From the IMG/VR virus record IMGVR_UViG_3300037455_000173, positions 1 to 64,000 of that record: a DNA stretch of 64,000 bases; one strand, given 5' to 3'. This DNA comes from a virus. Lineage: Duplodnaviria > Caudoviricetes. Made by a program: the position numbers and the translations under genes. Positions 9,794-19,969 of this stretch are shown here, one piece after another. The number at the start of each line of letters is the position of its first letter. Within the stretch, counting starts at the first letter, position 1. The notes beneath the pieces were generated by a model. It saw only the letters and a list, made by a program, of their open reading frames with translations. It did no database searches and had not been told where the DNA came from.

Positions 9794-10687
9794 ATGCCAA
9801 GAGCAACTACATGGTCAAGCGTAGGTACAGACGTTTCAAGCCAGACAACTGTCGACGAGATACTTAGACAGGCTGGTCTTGATTACACCGTAACGAAGGA
9901 ACCTGTATACCTTAGAGACGGTATACTCGTACCAAGCCGTATAGCAACCCTCAAAGAAGAAACCAGAGAGCCTATAGGTCTTGTGTCAGACCGCTACGAG
10001 ATTTATCAGAATGCCGATGCGTTCAGCTTCCTTGAGGAAATCCCAGACATTAAATTCGTACGTGCAGGTGAGACGTATAATGGAATGGTTTATATCATAG
10101 GTAAGCTCCCGTCACTTAAGGTACTTGACGACGAGTTCACACCGTATGTAATCTTCCAGACAAGTCATAACGGTTGGTTCTCACTTAGAGCTACAATCTG
10201 CCCTCTTAGAATTGTTTGTCAGAATCAGTTCGCAATGTCATTTAAGAATATGACGAACACGATTTCCATCCAGCACTCTAAGAGAATGGAAGGTAAGATT
10301 ATGGAAGCTCAGCAGCTTCTTAAGGACACAGCACTCTATATGCGTGGGTTTACAAACACCGCAGAAGAGCTGGCATTACTCAAGATTACAGATACAGACC
10401 GTAGCAAGATATGTGATGCGTTCTTTGAGAGCACAAAGGCAATCACAGAGCGTCAGCAGGCAGCACTTGAGGAGAAGAAGTATAGATTTAATCTGTGCTA
10501 CAATGACGCAGATAATTCTAACTTCCGCGGTACAGCGTGGGGCTTAATCAATGCGCTTACAGATTACGAAACCCACAAGGAACGCAAGCAGACAGAGCAC
10601 TCAGCAGATACAGCATTCCTTCAGGTTACATTCGACCCGGGTGTAATGACCAGAATGCTTAACATTATCAGTAATACAGTTAAGTAA
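9794..10687 (+). CDS. DUF932/DUF945-family phage/plasmid protein
   Basis: AGLDYTV.KEP, GLVSDRYEIYQN, TSHNG, PLRIVCQN, RGTAWGLINALTDY. Confidence 0.85.
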   Translation: MPRATTWSSVGTDVSSQTTVDEILRQAGLDYTVTKEPVYLRDGILVPSRIATLKEETREPIGLVSDRYEIYQNADAFSFLEEIPDIKFVRAGETYNGMVYIIGKLPSLKVLDDEFTPYVIFQTSHNGWFSLRATICPLRIVCQNQFAMSFKNMTNTISIQHSKRMEGKIMEAQQLLKDTALYMRGFTNTAEELALLKITDTDRSKICDAFFESTKAITERQQAALEEKKYRFNLCYNDADNSNFRGTAWGLINALTDYETHKERKQTEHSADTAFLQVTFDPGVMTRMLNIISNTVK

Positions 10688-10736
10688 TGCTGGAACAGCA
10701 TTTTAGTAAATCGTAGGTAAGTAAATCATAAGTTAG

Positions 10737-10770
10737 AAACCGTAGCGTACTACTTGTATGCTACGGTTTT
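10737..10770 (+). terminator. Rho-independent terminator
   Basis: AAACCGTAGCGTAC-loop-GTATGCTACGGTTTT. Confidence 0.75.
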
Positions 10771-10798
10771 CCTGTAAGACAATTATGTTATAATATAG

Positions 10799-10839
10799 TT
10801 ATACATAAAATATAACCATGTGGTATGCGTTAGCGTGCT
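10799..10839 (-). promoter_or_regulatory. Class II motif AGCACGCTA-N24-ATGTATAA, copy 1
   Basis: + strand TTATACAT-N24-TAGCGTGCT; identical halves and spacing in three intergenic places. Confidence 0.65.
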
Positions 10840-10851
10840 GTGTGATTATAC

Positions 10852-10885
10852 AACTTCGTTTTTCACAGCATGTCTGTGTTATAAT
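10852..10885 (+). promoter_or_regulatory. Class I promoter AACTTCG-N21-TATAAT
   Basis: Motif match upstream of the sbcD-sbcC operon. Confidence 0.8.
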
Positions 10886-10917
10886 AGTGTTACATAGAAA
10901 ACGTAAGGAGGTATAAT

Positions 10918-11085
10918 ATGCTGCATATCAAATTCAGGTATAGAGACCAATATACTAAGGGCGATGCTTGGTCTGAGCAAGAATGTGTCATGGATAGCAT
11001 TAAGAAATGTATCGAATGGTACGGGCTTGACTACCCTGATGTAGAATACCAGATAGTCAGCGTAGAAGAAGTTAATAATGGGTAA
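10918..11085 (+). CDS. Hypothetical protein, 55 aa (MLHIKFRYRD…), absent from the ORF track
   Basis: AAGGAGG RBS; first gene after a promoter; translated by hand. Confidence 0.75.
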   Translation: MLHIKFRYRDQYTKGDAWSEQECVMDSIKKCIEWYGLDYPDVEYQIVSVEEVNNG

Positions 11086-11299
11086 ATTATCAGCATCTGA
11101 GTTAGATGAGAAATTCTATAATAACTATCGAGCTATCTATGAAGGCGATGAGTATGAATACCACGCAGTCTCTGTTAGACAGGCGTGGTATTTGGCATTT
11201 GAGCACTTCGGTGATGAATGCTTAGACTATCTAGCAGAGATTGACCAAGACGGTAACGAAGTAAATGTAATATTAGATAAGGAGGACGAAATATATTGA
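11078..11299 (+). CDS. Hypothetical protein
   Basis: Overlap-coupled ORF in the operon. Confidence 0.7.
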   Translation: MGKLSASELDEKFYNNYRAIYEGDEYEYHAVSVRQAWYLAFEHFGDECLDYLAEIDQDGNEVNVILDKEDEIY

Positions 11300-12381
11300 A
11301 AGTAATACATCTAGCAGATTTGCACCTGGGTAAACCATTTCACAAGAAGAGTCTTGCTACTGATCAAGAATATATGTTAGAGCAGGTTAGAGACTTAATG
11401 GAGGAACAGAAAGCGCATTTGGTTATTGCAGGTGATGTCTTTGATTCAGCTAACCCATCGATTGAAGCGCAGGAACTATTCGTATCATTTATAAAAGGAA
11501 TAATGGCTGTATGCAATAGATATGAATTAACAACGATTATCACGGTGGGTAATCATGACTCCAATCGACGTTTGGCATTGTGGTCTGACTTCGTAGGAAC
11601 TAGAGTACATATTGTGAACGATGAAGAAACTATTTACATAGAGGGTATTCCATTTCATGCGGTATCGTTCGTTAAACCTACAATCGCACAGACTAAATTC
11701 AATAAACCATTTGAGACGTACAATGAAGCGTTCGAAGCATATCTACCAGAAGAAAACCGTGCTAATACGATTCTTATTGCTCACCAGACTTTTGAGGGTT
11801 GTACAACCGGTTCTTCTGAAGCGATGTCGTTCTTTGATGATGCAGTTAGCAAGAATGTTGTAAAGGAATTTCCTATCGTGCTTGCAGGTCATATACATAA
11901 AAGACAGTGTATAGACAACATATATTATCCTGGTAGCTTAATGCCATATGCTTTCGGTGATGAGTACGCTGGTGGTTTTACAGTCTGGGATATTAAAAAT
12001 TCTGATGGTGCATTTCTTGCAGTTCCTGAGGTGTATCCTGTACATCTTTACCGTGAATTCCAGATAGTACGTGGTGACCTTAAGCATTGCTTGGAGATTA
12101 TAGATGTAGGTAACTATGTAAAGGTAGAGCTAATCGATGAGAATGTACCATTAGACGTAGCTTTACCGCAACTTCAAGACCATTTTAAGAACATGGTTAC
12201 TGCTGTGTCTAAGATTACTGACGATTGGGAAGCTGACTTGAATAAGCCAATGGTTCAATTCGATTCTATTGAATCTGCATTAGACAGCTTCTGCAATCAA
12301 ATCGAGGTACCTGTTCTAGAATCTAATCAATTAAAGTTAATTCAGGAGGTTGTACATGAGATTACAGAAACTTCAGATTAA
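11296..12381 (+). CDS. sbcD: SbcD/Mre11-like nuclease
   Basis: HLADLHLG, AGDVFD, GNHD, AHQ, GHIH, YPGS. Confidence 0.95.
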   Translation: MKVIHLADLHLGKPFHKKSLATDQEYMLEQVRDLMEEQKAHLVIAGDVFDSANPSIEAQELFVSFIKGIMAVCNRYELTTIITVGNHDSNRRLALWSDFVGTRVHIVNDEETIYIEGIPFHAVSFVKPTIAQTKFNKPFETYNEAFEAYLPEENRANTILIAHQTFEGCTTGSSEAMSFFDDAVSKNVVKEFPIVLAGHIHKRQCIDNIYYPGSLMPYAFGDEYAGGFTVWDIKNSDGAFLAVPEVYPVHLYREFQIVRGDLKHCLEIIDVGNYVKVELIDENVPLDVALPQLQDHFKNMVTAVSKITDDWEADLNKPMVQFDSIESALDSFCNQIEVPVLESNQLKLIQEVVHEITETSD

Positions 12382-15073
12382 GAATTTTATCAGTATCAAA
12401 CAAGCATCAATCGATTTTGAAGAGCTGAATGATGGTGTATTTCTTATTTCAGGACCTACAGGTTCCGGTAAATCATCGATGTTAGATGCTATCCACTGGG
12501 CATTATTTGGTAAGACACTGAATTCAAATAGAGCAACTATGAATAAAGAAATTCGTAGTACCTATGCTCCCGCTAATGAGGATACAGTGGTAACATTAAC
12601 CTTTAATCAGGATAAGGTAGATTATAAGGTAATTCGTACCTTAAAGAAAGACGGAGGTACAGCTGTTCAGCTATTTGCACCTGGTATTATCTATGATAAG
12701 GTTAAAGAAGCAAACGAACATCTAGAGAAGATAATCGGTCTTACCGTTAAACAGTTTGACCAGATGGTTATGCTAGAACAAGGTAACTTCTCAAAATTCC
12801 TGTTAGCAGACTCACGCACTCGAGCTGAGATTTTACGTGATATATTTGATACACAACTGTTCAAAGACTTAGAGCTTAGATTTAAAGATAGATGTTCTGA
12901 TTTGAAAACATTAATTCTTAATTCTACAGAATTAGAACAAAATTTATTACAGGGTGAGATGCTAGAAACTGTAGAAAGTCAGATTGCACTCACCGCAGAG
13001 ACGATAACAGCTGAGCAGGCACGTCTTGACGATTTAAAAGCAAGACAGAAAGAAGCAGAGTCAAAACTGCCTGAGATGATAGCATATGACCAAGCTTATG
13101 CTGTATATATTAAAGCACAGACAGAGTTAGAACAACTCGAACAGTTAAAAATCGAGGTAGACGCGTTATATAAGAAACGTGATGTATTTACCAACTACTC
13201 TAGCGTGCTTGATTGGTATGATACCTATAACAAGACTAAGGCGGATATTGATAAATGTAAAGCCGACGCTGAAGATTATAGAAAGCGTATAGCTGACATA
13301 GTTGTAGATGATGAACTATCGAATAAGGTTTCAGCTTTGCAGAGCAGACAAACCGAGTTGAGTCAGCTTCTAGAAGCCTTCAGTCAGGTTGAGCGTTACA
13401 AAGAACAGCTTTCGGGTTACGATACCGAAATAGCAGACCTGAACACCGAGAAGGAATCTTATACTAAGGTTAAGGATTCCTATGAGGAAGACAAGACTGA
13501 TTTACAGCAGAGACTAGATAACAGACGTGCCTATGACCAACAGCGAGAAGCAGTACTTCAGCGTGATGTTGAACGCACACGTATGCAGCAAGATATAGAA
13601 TCTCTTGAGGCATTTATCGAAAGTAATAAAGCAGCTTATTCTAAAGTGCTAGTTCGCAAGCTGTTGGATATGAATGAACCTGGTACGTGTCCTATATGCG
13701 GTGCGCCATATACTGATGAGCACACAGACGCAAGCCAAGCTATAGACAGTATGGATTCAGAACAGCGTCAACTTGAAACAAAGAAAAATCAGCTTGAAGC
13801 ACTTAAGGTACAATTAGAGAAACTACCTGCTCTGTTAGAACCTGATTGTACTGAAGCAACACCATTTTCTGAATTAACTACCCAATGGAACAAGGTTATG
13901 TCAGGAATTAGCGATATGAATATGAAGATATATGATATCGATAAAAAACTTCAGACTATTACCGGTTCGATAAGTGTAGCTAAGGGAGAATTAGAAAGAC
14001 TTGAACCTACCATAGAGGGTAAGGATAAGGAAGCTCTTGAACAGGAACTTAACCAGGTTAAGGCTGAATATAGCGAATTATGGGCAAAGGTAGACGACAA
14101 TGAAATGGCTAAAAGAAGTCGTAATCTGTTAGAAGGATACCTGAATAGTGTTCTTGAGAAAGAAACAAAACTTAATCAAGACATGGAACATATTATGCAG
14201 CAGCCCGATGCACAAGCTGATAATGATACACTAAAAGCAGCTTTACAAGCTAGAAGTGAAATAGATGATTATCGTATCCATATTAACGATTATCTATATA
14301 AAATTCAGCAGTATGAAATGCTCAGAGATAATCTAATGTCAGTTACCAAACCAGAAAATCCATACCCAGGTCAAACGGCTGATAGCATTAAACAGATTAT
14401 TTCGGATGCTAATATAGGTATAGAAGAAGCTATAAGTCGTATATCAGAAGCTAAAAATTCACTTGAATCTAGAAAAGAATTAGTGAAGCGCATTCAGGAT
14501 ATCAGAAAAGAAAGACAAGCGAACACAGCAAAATATGACCAGCACACCTACCTGTATAACCTATTATCAGGCAAGAACAGCGCTAAGATTTCAGTCGAAA
14601 CCTTTATATTACACAGACAATTAGAATGGATACTGCAATCGAGCAATCAATATCTACACACATTGTCTGCAGGTCAATTCGAGTTACAAGTCAAATGGGA
14701 GTCCTCAGGTAGAGCTCAAGGTGGTCTTGAAATTAACATTACAGACCACTTCACCGGAAGCACTCGACCAGCTCAGACGTACTCTGGTGGTGAATTATTC
14801 ATGCTTAGCTTAAGTCTTAGCTTAGGTTTAATGACTGCGATAGATTCATTATTCACAACCAAAGACTTAAATCTATTGTTTGCCGATGAGGGATTTGGTA
14901 CACTTGACCAAGAGTGTTTATCTAGAACATTGCTTACATTAAATGAATTAAAGAACATCCGTAGCGTTGGTATTATATCGCACGTACAAGAACTTATCGA
15001 TACTATACCTCAAGGATTTGTCGTTGAGAAAACAGCTTCAGGTTCTAGAATAAAGATGTTCAAGAATATATAA
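12356..15073 (+). CDS. sbcC: SbcC/Rad50-like SMC ATPase
   Basis: Walker A GPTGSGKS, Q-loop LEQG, Zn hook CPIC, YSGGE, Walker B FADEGFGTLD, ISH; ATG 12356 has an AGGAGG RBS. Confidence 0.95.
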   Translation: MRLQKLQIKNFISIKQASIDFEELNDGVFLISGPTGSGKSSMLDAIHWALFGKTLNSNRATMNKEIRSTYAPANEDTVVTLTFNQDKVDYKVIRTLKKDGGTAVQLFAPGIIYDKVKEANEHLEKIIGLTVKQFDQMVMLEQGNFSKFLLADSRTRAEILRDIFDTQLFKDLELRFKDRCSDLKTLILNSTELEQNLLQGEMLETVESQIALTAETITAEQARLDDLKARQKEAESKLPEMIAYDQAYAVYIKAQTELEQLEQLKIEVDALYKKRDVFTNYSSVLDWYDTYNKTKADIDKCKADAEDYRKRIADIVVDDELSNKVSALQSRQTELSQLLEAFSQVERYKEQLSGYDTEIADLNTEKESYTKVKDSYEEDKTDLQQRLDNRRAYDQQREAVLQRDVERTRMQQDIESLEAFIESNKAAYSKVLVRKLLDMNEPGTCPICGAPYTDEHTDASQAIDSMDSEQRQLETKKNQLEALKVQLEKLPALLEPDCTEATPFSELTTQWNKVMSGISDMNMKIYDIDKKLQTITGSISVAKGELERLEPTIEGKDKEALEQELNQVKAEYSELWAKVDDNEMAKRSRNLLEGYLNSVLEKETKLNQDMEHIMQQPDAQADNDTLKAALQARSEIDDYRIHINDYLYKIQQYEMLRDNLMSVTKPENPYPGQTADSIKQIISDANIGIEEAISRISEAKNSLESRKELVKRIQDIRKERQANTAKYDQHTYLYNLLSGKNSAKISVETFILHRQLEWILQSSNQYLHTLSAGQFELQVKWESSGRAQGGLEINITDHFTGSTRPAQTYSGGELFMLSLSLSLGLMTAIDSLFTTKDLNLLFADEGFGTLDQECLSRTLLTLNELKNIRSVGIISHVQELIDTIPQGFVVEKTASGSRIKMFKNI

Positions 15074-15093
15074 AGCAGATGCGCGTACACTGA

Positions 15094-15126
15094 AACTTCG
15101 TGGTGTACGCGCAATTATGTTATAAT
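15094..15126 (+). promoter_or_regulatory. Class I promoter AACTTCG-N20-TATAAT, within an 11-bp stem-loop (15080-15113)
   Basis: Motif match; TGCGCGTACAC/GTGTACGCGCA stem. Confidence 0.85.
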
Positions 15127-15154
15127 AAATTGTAATTATTTAGGAGGTAATGTT

Positions 15155-17431
15155 ATGCCAAGACGTAGAATTGGACTGCCCCAGCGTGACACCGCTCCTG
15201 CAGCTCCTATCGAAGTACCAAAGTCACTACAGAAAAAAGCCAAACCCGTTAAGGACATGGAAGCTGTTATTGCACAGGCGAAAGCCATGTCCGAGAAGTA
15301 TGCAGGTCAATATGAGTATATTGTTGATAAAGATAAACTCATATACTACATAGATAAGATAATCGATAACAGAAGGGCCGGAGTCGATACAGAAACAACC
15401 GGTCTCGATATATTCCATGACGAGTGCGTAGGATTCTCACTATCAACAGCGAGTGAGAAAGCAGTATACATACCAATGAAACATCTATCTAGATTCACTG
15501 GTCAGGTTGATACTAATCAATTACCTGTAGAATTCTGTGCTCAACAACTTGCTCGTCTAAAAGACATAAAGGATTTAGAGTTAAATTATTTTAACGCACA
15601 ATTCGACTTGAACATATTCTTCTATTCTATGGGAGTTGACCTTAGAGATATAAGAACGAATGATGCATTCTTAATGATGCGTATGCTTAATACAGAGCGA
15701 CACAGAAACAATAACTTGAAGGATTTGCACGCAGACTTCTGTTCTCATACAACCAGAGGTCCTAGATTCGGTGAGTTGTTCCCACCTGGAACATTTAATC
15801 GTTGTCCTTATATGTATAGTGCAGCGTATGCTGCTCGAGATGCTGAGATGGCTGACGAATTAGTAGAGTATGGATATACACAGCTTAGAAAGCCTGAGAA
15901 TGCAGGTTTATTGCGTGTATATGAGGACATAGAAAGACCACTTATTCCTGTACTACTCAGAATGAGAGAGCGTGGTGTCCTTGTCGATGAAGCTAAACGA
16001 GCTGACCTGACTGTAAAATACAGGGCAATCCAAGCTGAAGCTGAGCAAGAAGTAATTCATGAGTATGAACCTTATATACCAAAGATTAATCAATGGCGTA
16101 TGAGATTCGGTAGAGCTAAAGGTAAAACTATCGATATGCCGGTTAAGATTGGTTCTGAGTCTCAGCTTAAAATATTATTGTTCGATATTATGGGATTACC
16201 TAGACCAGAGTCAGGTAAGGTTGATAAAGAAGCATTAAAGGGGTTGAATGTACCGATTGCTAATGCAGTGCTAAAATATCGTGAAGCGTCCAAGTTATTA
16301 TCTACATACCTAGAGGGTCTTGATAAGTTTATACAGAAGGACGGCTGTGTTCATGGCGGTATAAAGCAACTAGGTGCAGATACGGGAAGAACCAGTGCGT
16401 ATGACCCGAATATGCAGAATATTCCTTCTCACAACAGAGAGATAAGAACTATGTATATAGCACGACCTGGTCGTTATCTCATATCTTGTGACTACTCAGG
16501 TCAAGAGCCTCGTCTAACTGCTTCACTATCTAAGGACCCGAAAATGATTGAGACCTATCAGAAAGGTCAAGATTTATACTCGATGATTGCTGCAGTTGCG
16601 TTTAATACAACCTATGAGGAATGTCTGGAGAAACGACCTAATGGTGAACTTTATCTAGAAGGTAAAGAACGTAGAGGACAAGCTAAGACAATCGTATTGG
16701 GAATTTGTTATGGTAGACAAATCCCGTCTATTGCAGAGCAATTAAAATGTTCGGTCGACGAAGCACAGCTGATATATGATAAAGTAACCAAGAGTTTCCC
16801 CGGTCTTCTTAAAGCGCAAGATGAATCAGCTCAGATGGCACATGACAAAGGCTATGTCGAGACTCTTTGGGGTAGACGTCGTCACCTATCGGTTATGATG
16901 CATGACCCATATGAATTCAGATATAAAGACGGTTGTAATCCTGACTTTGACCCCTTTGATTTAGATGGTTCGAACAATACTAATGAGGTATCAGAAGCTA
17001 ATAAGAAGAAGTATACCAAAGACTTAATGGGATTTAAGTGGCGAAAAGATAAAACCGAATATATTAATGGTTTAATTGCTCAAGGTATCGAGGTAACTGA
17101 CTATTCATACCAGATTTCCGAGCAGAGCAGAAAATGTCTAAATGCTCGAATACAAGGCAGTGCAGCCGATATGAGTAAGCTAGCAATGATTGCTATAGAC
17201 AATGATGAGCGATTGAAGAAACTTAATTGTTATCTATTGTTGATGATTCACGATGAGGTTATTTGCGAATGCCCTATCGAGAATCACAAAGAAGCAATCC
17301 AATATATCAAGGAAGATATGGAAAAGGTAGCATCACACCTACCAGTACCGTTTAAATCAGACCCTGAAACGGCAGTATGTTGGTATGGAGCTGAAGTTGA
17401 TATCGAGGATGAAGAAGAGGAGGAAGCATAA
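15155..17431 (+). CDS. polA: DNA polymerase family A (3'-5' exonuclease + polymerase; no 5'-3' exonuclease)
   Basis: DTETTGLD, NAQFD, YAARD, TGRTS…PNMQNIP, DYSGQEPR, RGQAKTIVLGICYG, IQGSAAD, IHDE. Confidence 0.95.
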   Translation: MPRRRIGLPQRDTAPAAPIEVPKSLQKKAKPVKDMEAVIAQAKAMSEKYAGQYEYIVDKDKLIYYIDKIIDNRRAGVDTETTGLDIFHDECVGFSLSTASEKAVYIPMKHLSRFTGQVDTNQLPVEFCAQQLARLKDIKDLELNYFNAQFDLNIFFYSMGVDLRDIRTNDAFLMMRMLNTERHRNNNLKDLHADFCSHTTRGPRFGELFPPGTFNRCPYMYSAAYAARDAEMADELVEYGYTQLRKPENAGLLRVYEDIERPLIPVLLRMRERGVLVDEAKRADLTVKYRAIQAEAEQEVIHEYEPYIPKINQWRMRFGRAKGKTIDMPVKIGSESQLKILLFDIMGLPRPESGKVDKEALKGLNVPIANAVLKYREASKLLSTYLEGLDKFIQKDGCVHGGIKQLGADTGRTSAYDPNMQNIPSHNREIRTMYIARPGRYLISCDYSGQEPRLTASLSKDPKMIETYQKGQDLYSMIAAVAFNTTYEECLEKRPNGELYLEGKERRGQAKTIVLGICYGRQIPSIAEQLKCSVDEAQLIYDKVTKSFPGLLKAQDESAQMAHDKGYVETLWGRRRHLSVMMHDPYEFRYKDGCNPDFDPFDLDGSNNTNEVSEANKKKYTKDLMGFKWRKDKTEYINGLIAQGIEVTDYSYQISEQSRKCLNARIQGSAADMSKLAMIAIDNDERLKKLNCYLLLMIHDEVICECPIENHKEAIQYIKEDMEKVASHLPVPFKSDPETAVCWYGAEVDIEDEEEEEA

Positions 17432-17568
17432 TGAAACATTATTGTGATTATGCTGAGGGCTGTGAATTCTACGATGATGGATACTGCTGGGCTCACGAAC
17501 GACCAATCGACGAGATAAGTCTACCATGCTGGGCAGACGAGACCGACGCAGAACTTAGAGATACCTAA
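17431..17568 (+). CDS. Small Cys-containing hypothetical protein, 45 aa (MKHYCDYAEGC…)
   Basis: TAATG coupling to the polA stop; GGAGG RBS; translated by hand. Confidence 0.6.
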   Translation: MKHYCDYAEGCEFYDDGYCWAHERPIDEISLPCWADETDAELRDT

Positions 17569-17580
17569 GGAGTTGATAGT

Positions 17581-17808
17581 ATGAATTCTGAATGGATTTC
17601 CGTTAAGGAACGATTACCAAAATTACATCAGAAAGTTCTAGTTTCACGAATAAATCCACAAGGTGACCGTACTTACGATATAGCTGAGTATAGTTTTAAG
17701 CGTAAGTGGTTAGACTGGAAGCATTGGGTTTACCTTTCAGGTAAGATAACTCATTGGCAAGAATTACCTGAACATCCTGATGTTGATAAGGAGACAACTA
17801 ATGAATAG
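17581..17808 (+). CDS. DUF551-family protein
   Basis: EWISVKERLP…ITHWQELPEHP. Confidence 0.85.
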   Translation: MNSEWISVKERLPKLHQKVLVSRINPQGDRTYDIAEYSFKRKWLDWKHWVYLSGKITHWQELPEHPDVDKETTNE

Positions 17809-18166
17809 TACCTACGCAATAATACGTTTCGATGATAACCTACTAATGTTCGGATTATATGATTTGAAGATTGGGTATGTCTGGGCTCCTATATTCCGTC
17901 CGACAGAATTGACAGAAGCAACCTTAGAGGAAATGGAAAAGCTTATATATCACAGAATGGTTCAAGGTGATGTTGCCTATTTACCTGAAGATGAATCTGA
18001 TGTAGATATCTATATAGAGTGTGAAGACGGCATATATTGGAAAGGCAAAGCCAGCAAGTCCGGAAAGATTATAACTTCTGGTGCTTCTTCAACAAATTCT
18101 AATCGAAAATATGGAACACCAGATTGGGTAGCTGAGTTTCTAAAGAAAGGGGGTTTTACGCCATGA
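17801..18166 (+). CDS. Hypothetical protein
   Basis: AAGGAG RBS before ATG 17801 (MNSTY…). Confidence 0.65.
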   Translation: MNSTYAIIRFDDNLLMFGLYDLKIGYVWAPIFRPTELTEATLEEMEKLIYHRMVQGDVAYLPEDESDVDIYIECEDGIYWKGKASKSGKIITSGASSTNSNRKYGTPDWVAEFLKKGGFTP

Positions 18167-18312
18167 AATGGATTGAAGATATCTATACAGACGGTTTTCA
18201 TTGTCCACATTGTGGTATGATGGTGCCTGAAAACGGCTATGGAGGTTGTGATTATGAATACTGCCCGTATTGCAGTGAGGAAGTAGAACCGGTAACAGAA
18301 AAAACAAAATGA
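18163..18312 (+). CDS. Zinc-ribbon protein, 49 aa
   Basis: CPHC…CPYC; ATGA coupling; translated by hand. Confidence 0.7.
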   Translation: MKWIEDIYTDGFHCPHCGMMVPENGYGGCDYEYCPYCSEEVEPVTEKTK

Positions 18313-18322
18313 GGTGAGTATA

Positions 18323-18463
18323 ATGATTTTTGACTGCGAGAATATAGTGAACATAGACGAGTGTTGTCTATATCATTGCGAATGTAATGGCTGCATGGAG
18401 TGCGCAGATTATAAACCAACACCAACATGGGAAGAAATGTGTAATCAGGGAGAAAATGAATGA
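18323..18463 (+). CDS. Small Cys-rich protein, 46 aa
   Basis: GAGGTG RBS; MIFDCENIVNIDECCLYHCEC…. Confidence 0.6.
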   Translation: MIFDCENIVNIDECCLYHCECNGCMECADYKPTPTWEEMCNQGENE

Positions 18464-18696
18464 AGAACGAAAGATTAACCTATAAAGAATTTCAGGAATG
18501 GTGTAATCAACGCGCTGCTGACGGTTGCTGGGGTTCATCAGTAGCTATTATCTGTATACACATAATCTCGACAATGCAGAATACGCATTGGTGGAATCGA
18601 AAGAAACGCTGGAAGGAATTCCTAGGTGACGGTACCCTAGAAGAGATAATCGAGATGACTGATAAGAAACGTGAGGAATGGCAGAAAGGAGAGTAA
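18460..18696 (+). CDS. Hypothetical phage protein
   Basis: TYKEFQEWCNQRAADGCW; coupled ORF. Confidence 0.7.
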   Translation: MKNERLTYKEFQEWCNQRAADGCWGSSVAIICIHIISTMQNTHWWNRKKRWKEFLGDGTLEEIIEMTDKKREEWQKGE

Positions 18697-18697
18697 T

Positions 18698-18913
18698 ATG
18701 AGATTATTAGATAGAGATAAGCTTGAAGCAAATCTAACCAAGCAAATGCAGAGTGCTAGGTTTGCGCATCAGCAACTTGTTAAAGCTATGCAGGAAGCTG
18801 GTTCTGAAAGTGAAAGGCAAGCGTTACGCCAAAGAATGCAGGATATAGACTATGAAGCTCAGGTGGCTGAAGAGCTTATACATCGACTAGACGATTTCGA
18901 AGTCAAGATGTAA
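18698..18913 (+). CDS. Hypothetical coiled-coil protein
   Basis: AAGGAG RBS before MRLLDRD; ends just before a terminator. Confidence 0.65.
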   Translation: MRLLDRDKLEANLTKQMQSARFAHQQLVKAMQEAGSESERQALRQRMQDIDYEAQVAEELIHRLDDFEVKM

Positions 18914-18916
18914 TAG

Positions 18917-18952
18917 AACACGGTAGTGCCAATAACGACACTACCGTGTTTT
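18917..18952 (+). terminator. Rho-independent terminator
   Basis: AACACGGTAGTG/CACTACCGTGTT stem followed by a T run. Confidence 0.8.
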
Positions 18953-19026
18953 AATTTATAATGTATCTTGTTAAATGCACGTGGTACGCTAACGATTTGC
19001 TTATTAGCAACAATTCTCACATAAAC

Positions 19027-19067
19027 TTATACATGGTTTGCAAACCGTTGGTATACGTTAGCGTGCT
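19027..19067 (-). promoter_or_regulatory. Class II motif AGCACGCTA-N24-ATGTATAA, copy 2
   Basis: TTATACAT-N24-TAGCGTGCT on the + strand. Confidence 0.65.
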
Positions 19068-19918
19068 TAATTCTGTGGTTGGTAGGCTACAGATACAGCG
19101 TCTCCGGTATCGTTTACGGTACAATTCGGATAAATATCGGGTAGATATTGCTTAATGAGATTATCAATCCAAGGTGCTGCTTCTGCTGAGCTTTCACCAG
19201 GAAAAGGTATTATCTGGATAGTATTACCCTTCTTTTTAAAATGACCTACTTTATATCCCGGACATAGCCGACGCCAGGCTTCGATTATCGACTTATCGTC
19301 TATAGAAACTTTCTTATCACCCTTAAAGGTATTTAATCCCCTGAGTAGCATGTCCAGCCGCTTCATATCCCAAGAGCTATCAGACACCTTATTTGCAGCA
19401 CCTTCCTGCTGCACTCTTAGTGTCATGAAAAATACCTTCTGGTTTTCCATATCAGCTGTACGATTACCTTTGCGAACTGGTGTTACATGATTACCGTAGA
19501 CTTCACCACGACGTTCTGTAATCTTTAGATTATCGATTATTTTAAGACCATACATAGCACCCATAACCTTAAAATTCGGAGTTGAAGCCCATTTATCCAT
19601 TATAGATGCAGGTGATGGATTCTTACGCCGTTCTTTTCTGATTTCACTGGGTAGTATTATATTACCTGTTTCGTCATATTCTAAATCGTCATTCGCAATT
19701 GCAGTTCTGTCTCTGATGTTATCCCATTTTCTATCTAATTGTTCTGAATCTGTATAGTACCAGGTAATTTTATAGCAATCTCTACTTTCAGTAGTGGTTT
19801 TATATCCTACATCATCTCGACTAGAAATCTTATTCAAGGTATCGGTTACTGCTTTTGCAAATTCTTGAGCTGGGGTATTTCTAGAGCAAGATAATTTCAA
19901 TTTTATCATAGATTTCAC
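19067..19918 (-). CDS. Hypothetical basic protein, possible head cargo (N-terminal LSCS motif)
   Basis: Long ORF at the end of the late operon. Confidence 0.7.
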   Translation of the reverse strand: MKSMIKLKLSCSRNTPAQEFAKAVTDTLNKISSRDDVGYKTTTESRDCYKITWYYTDSEQLDRKWDNIRDRTAIANDDLEYDETGNIILPSEIRKERRKNPSPASIMDKWASTPNFKVMGAMYGLKIIDNLKITERRGEVYGNHVTPVRKGNRTADMENQKVFFMTLRVQQEGAANKVSDSSWDMKRLDMLLRGLNTFKGDKKVSIDDKSIIEAWRRLCPGYKVGHFKKKGNTIQIIPFPGESSAEAAPWIDNLIKQYLPDIYPNCTVNDTGDAVSVAYQPQN

Positions 19919-19929
19919 CTACCTATAGA

Positions 19930-19958
19930 AACACCGGGTATATTAAGTACCCGGTGTT
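19930..19958 (-). terminator. Terminator-like hairpin
   Basis: AACACCGGGTA/TACCCGGTGTT. Confidence 0.7.
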
Positions 19959-19969
19959 ATTATTTCGAT

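Noticed and set aside
13201-13209. Extra TAGCGTGCT half-site (also AGCACGCTA at 49203)
   Set aside because: Both lie inside coding sequence and lack the partner half at 24-bp spacing.
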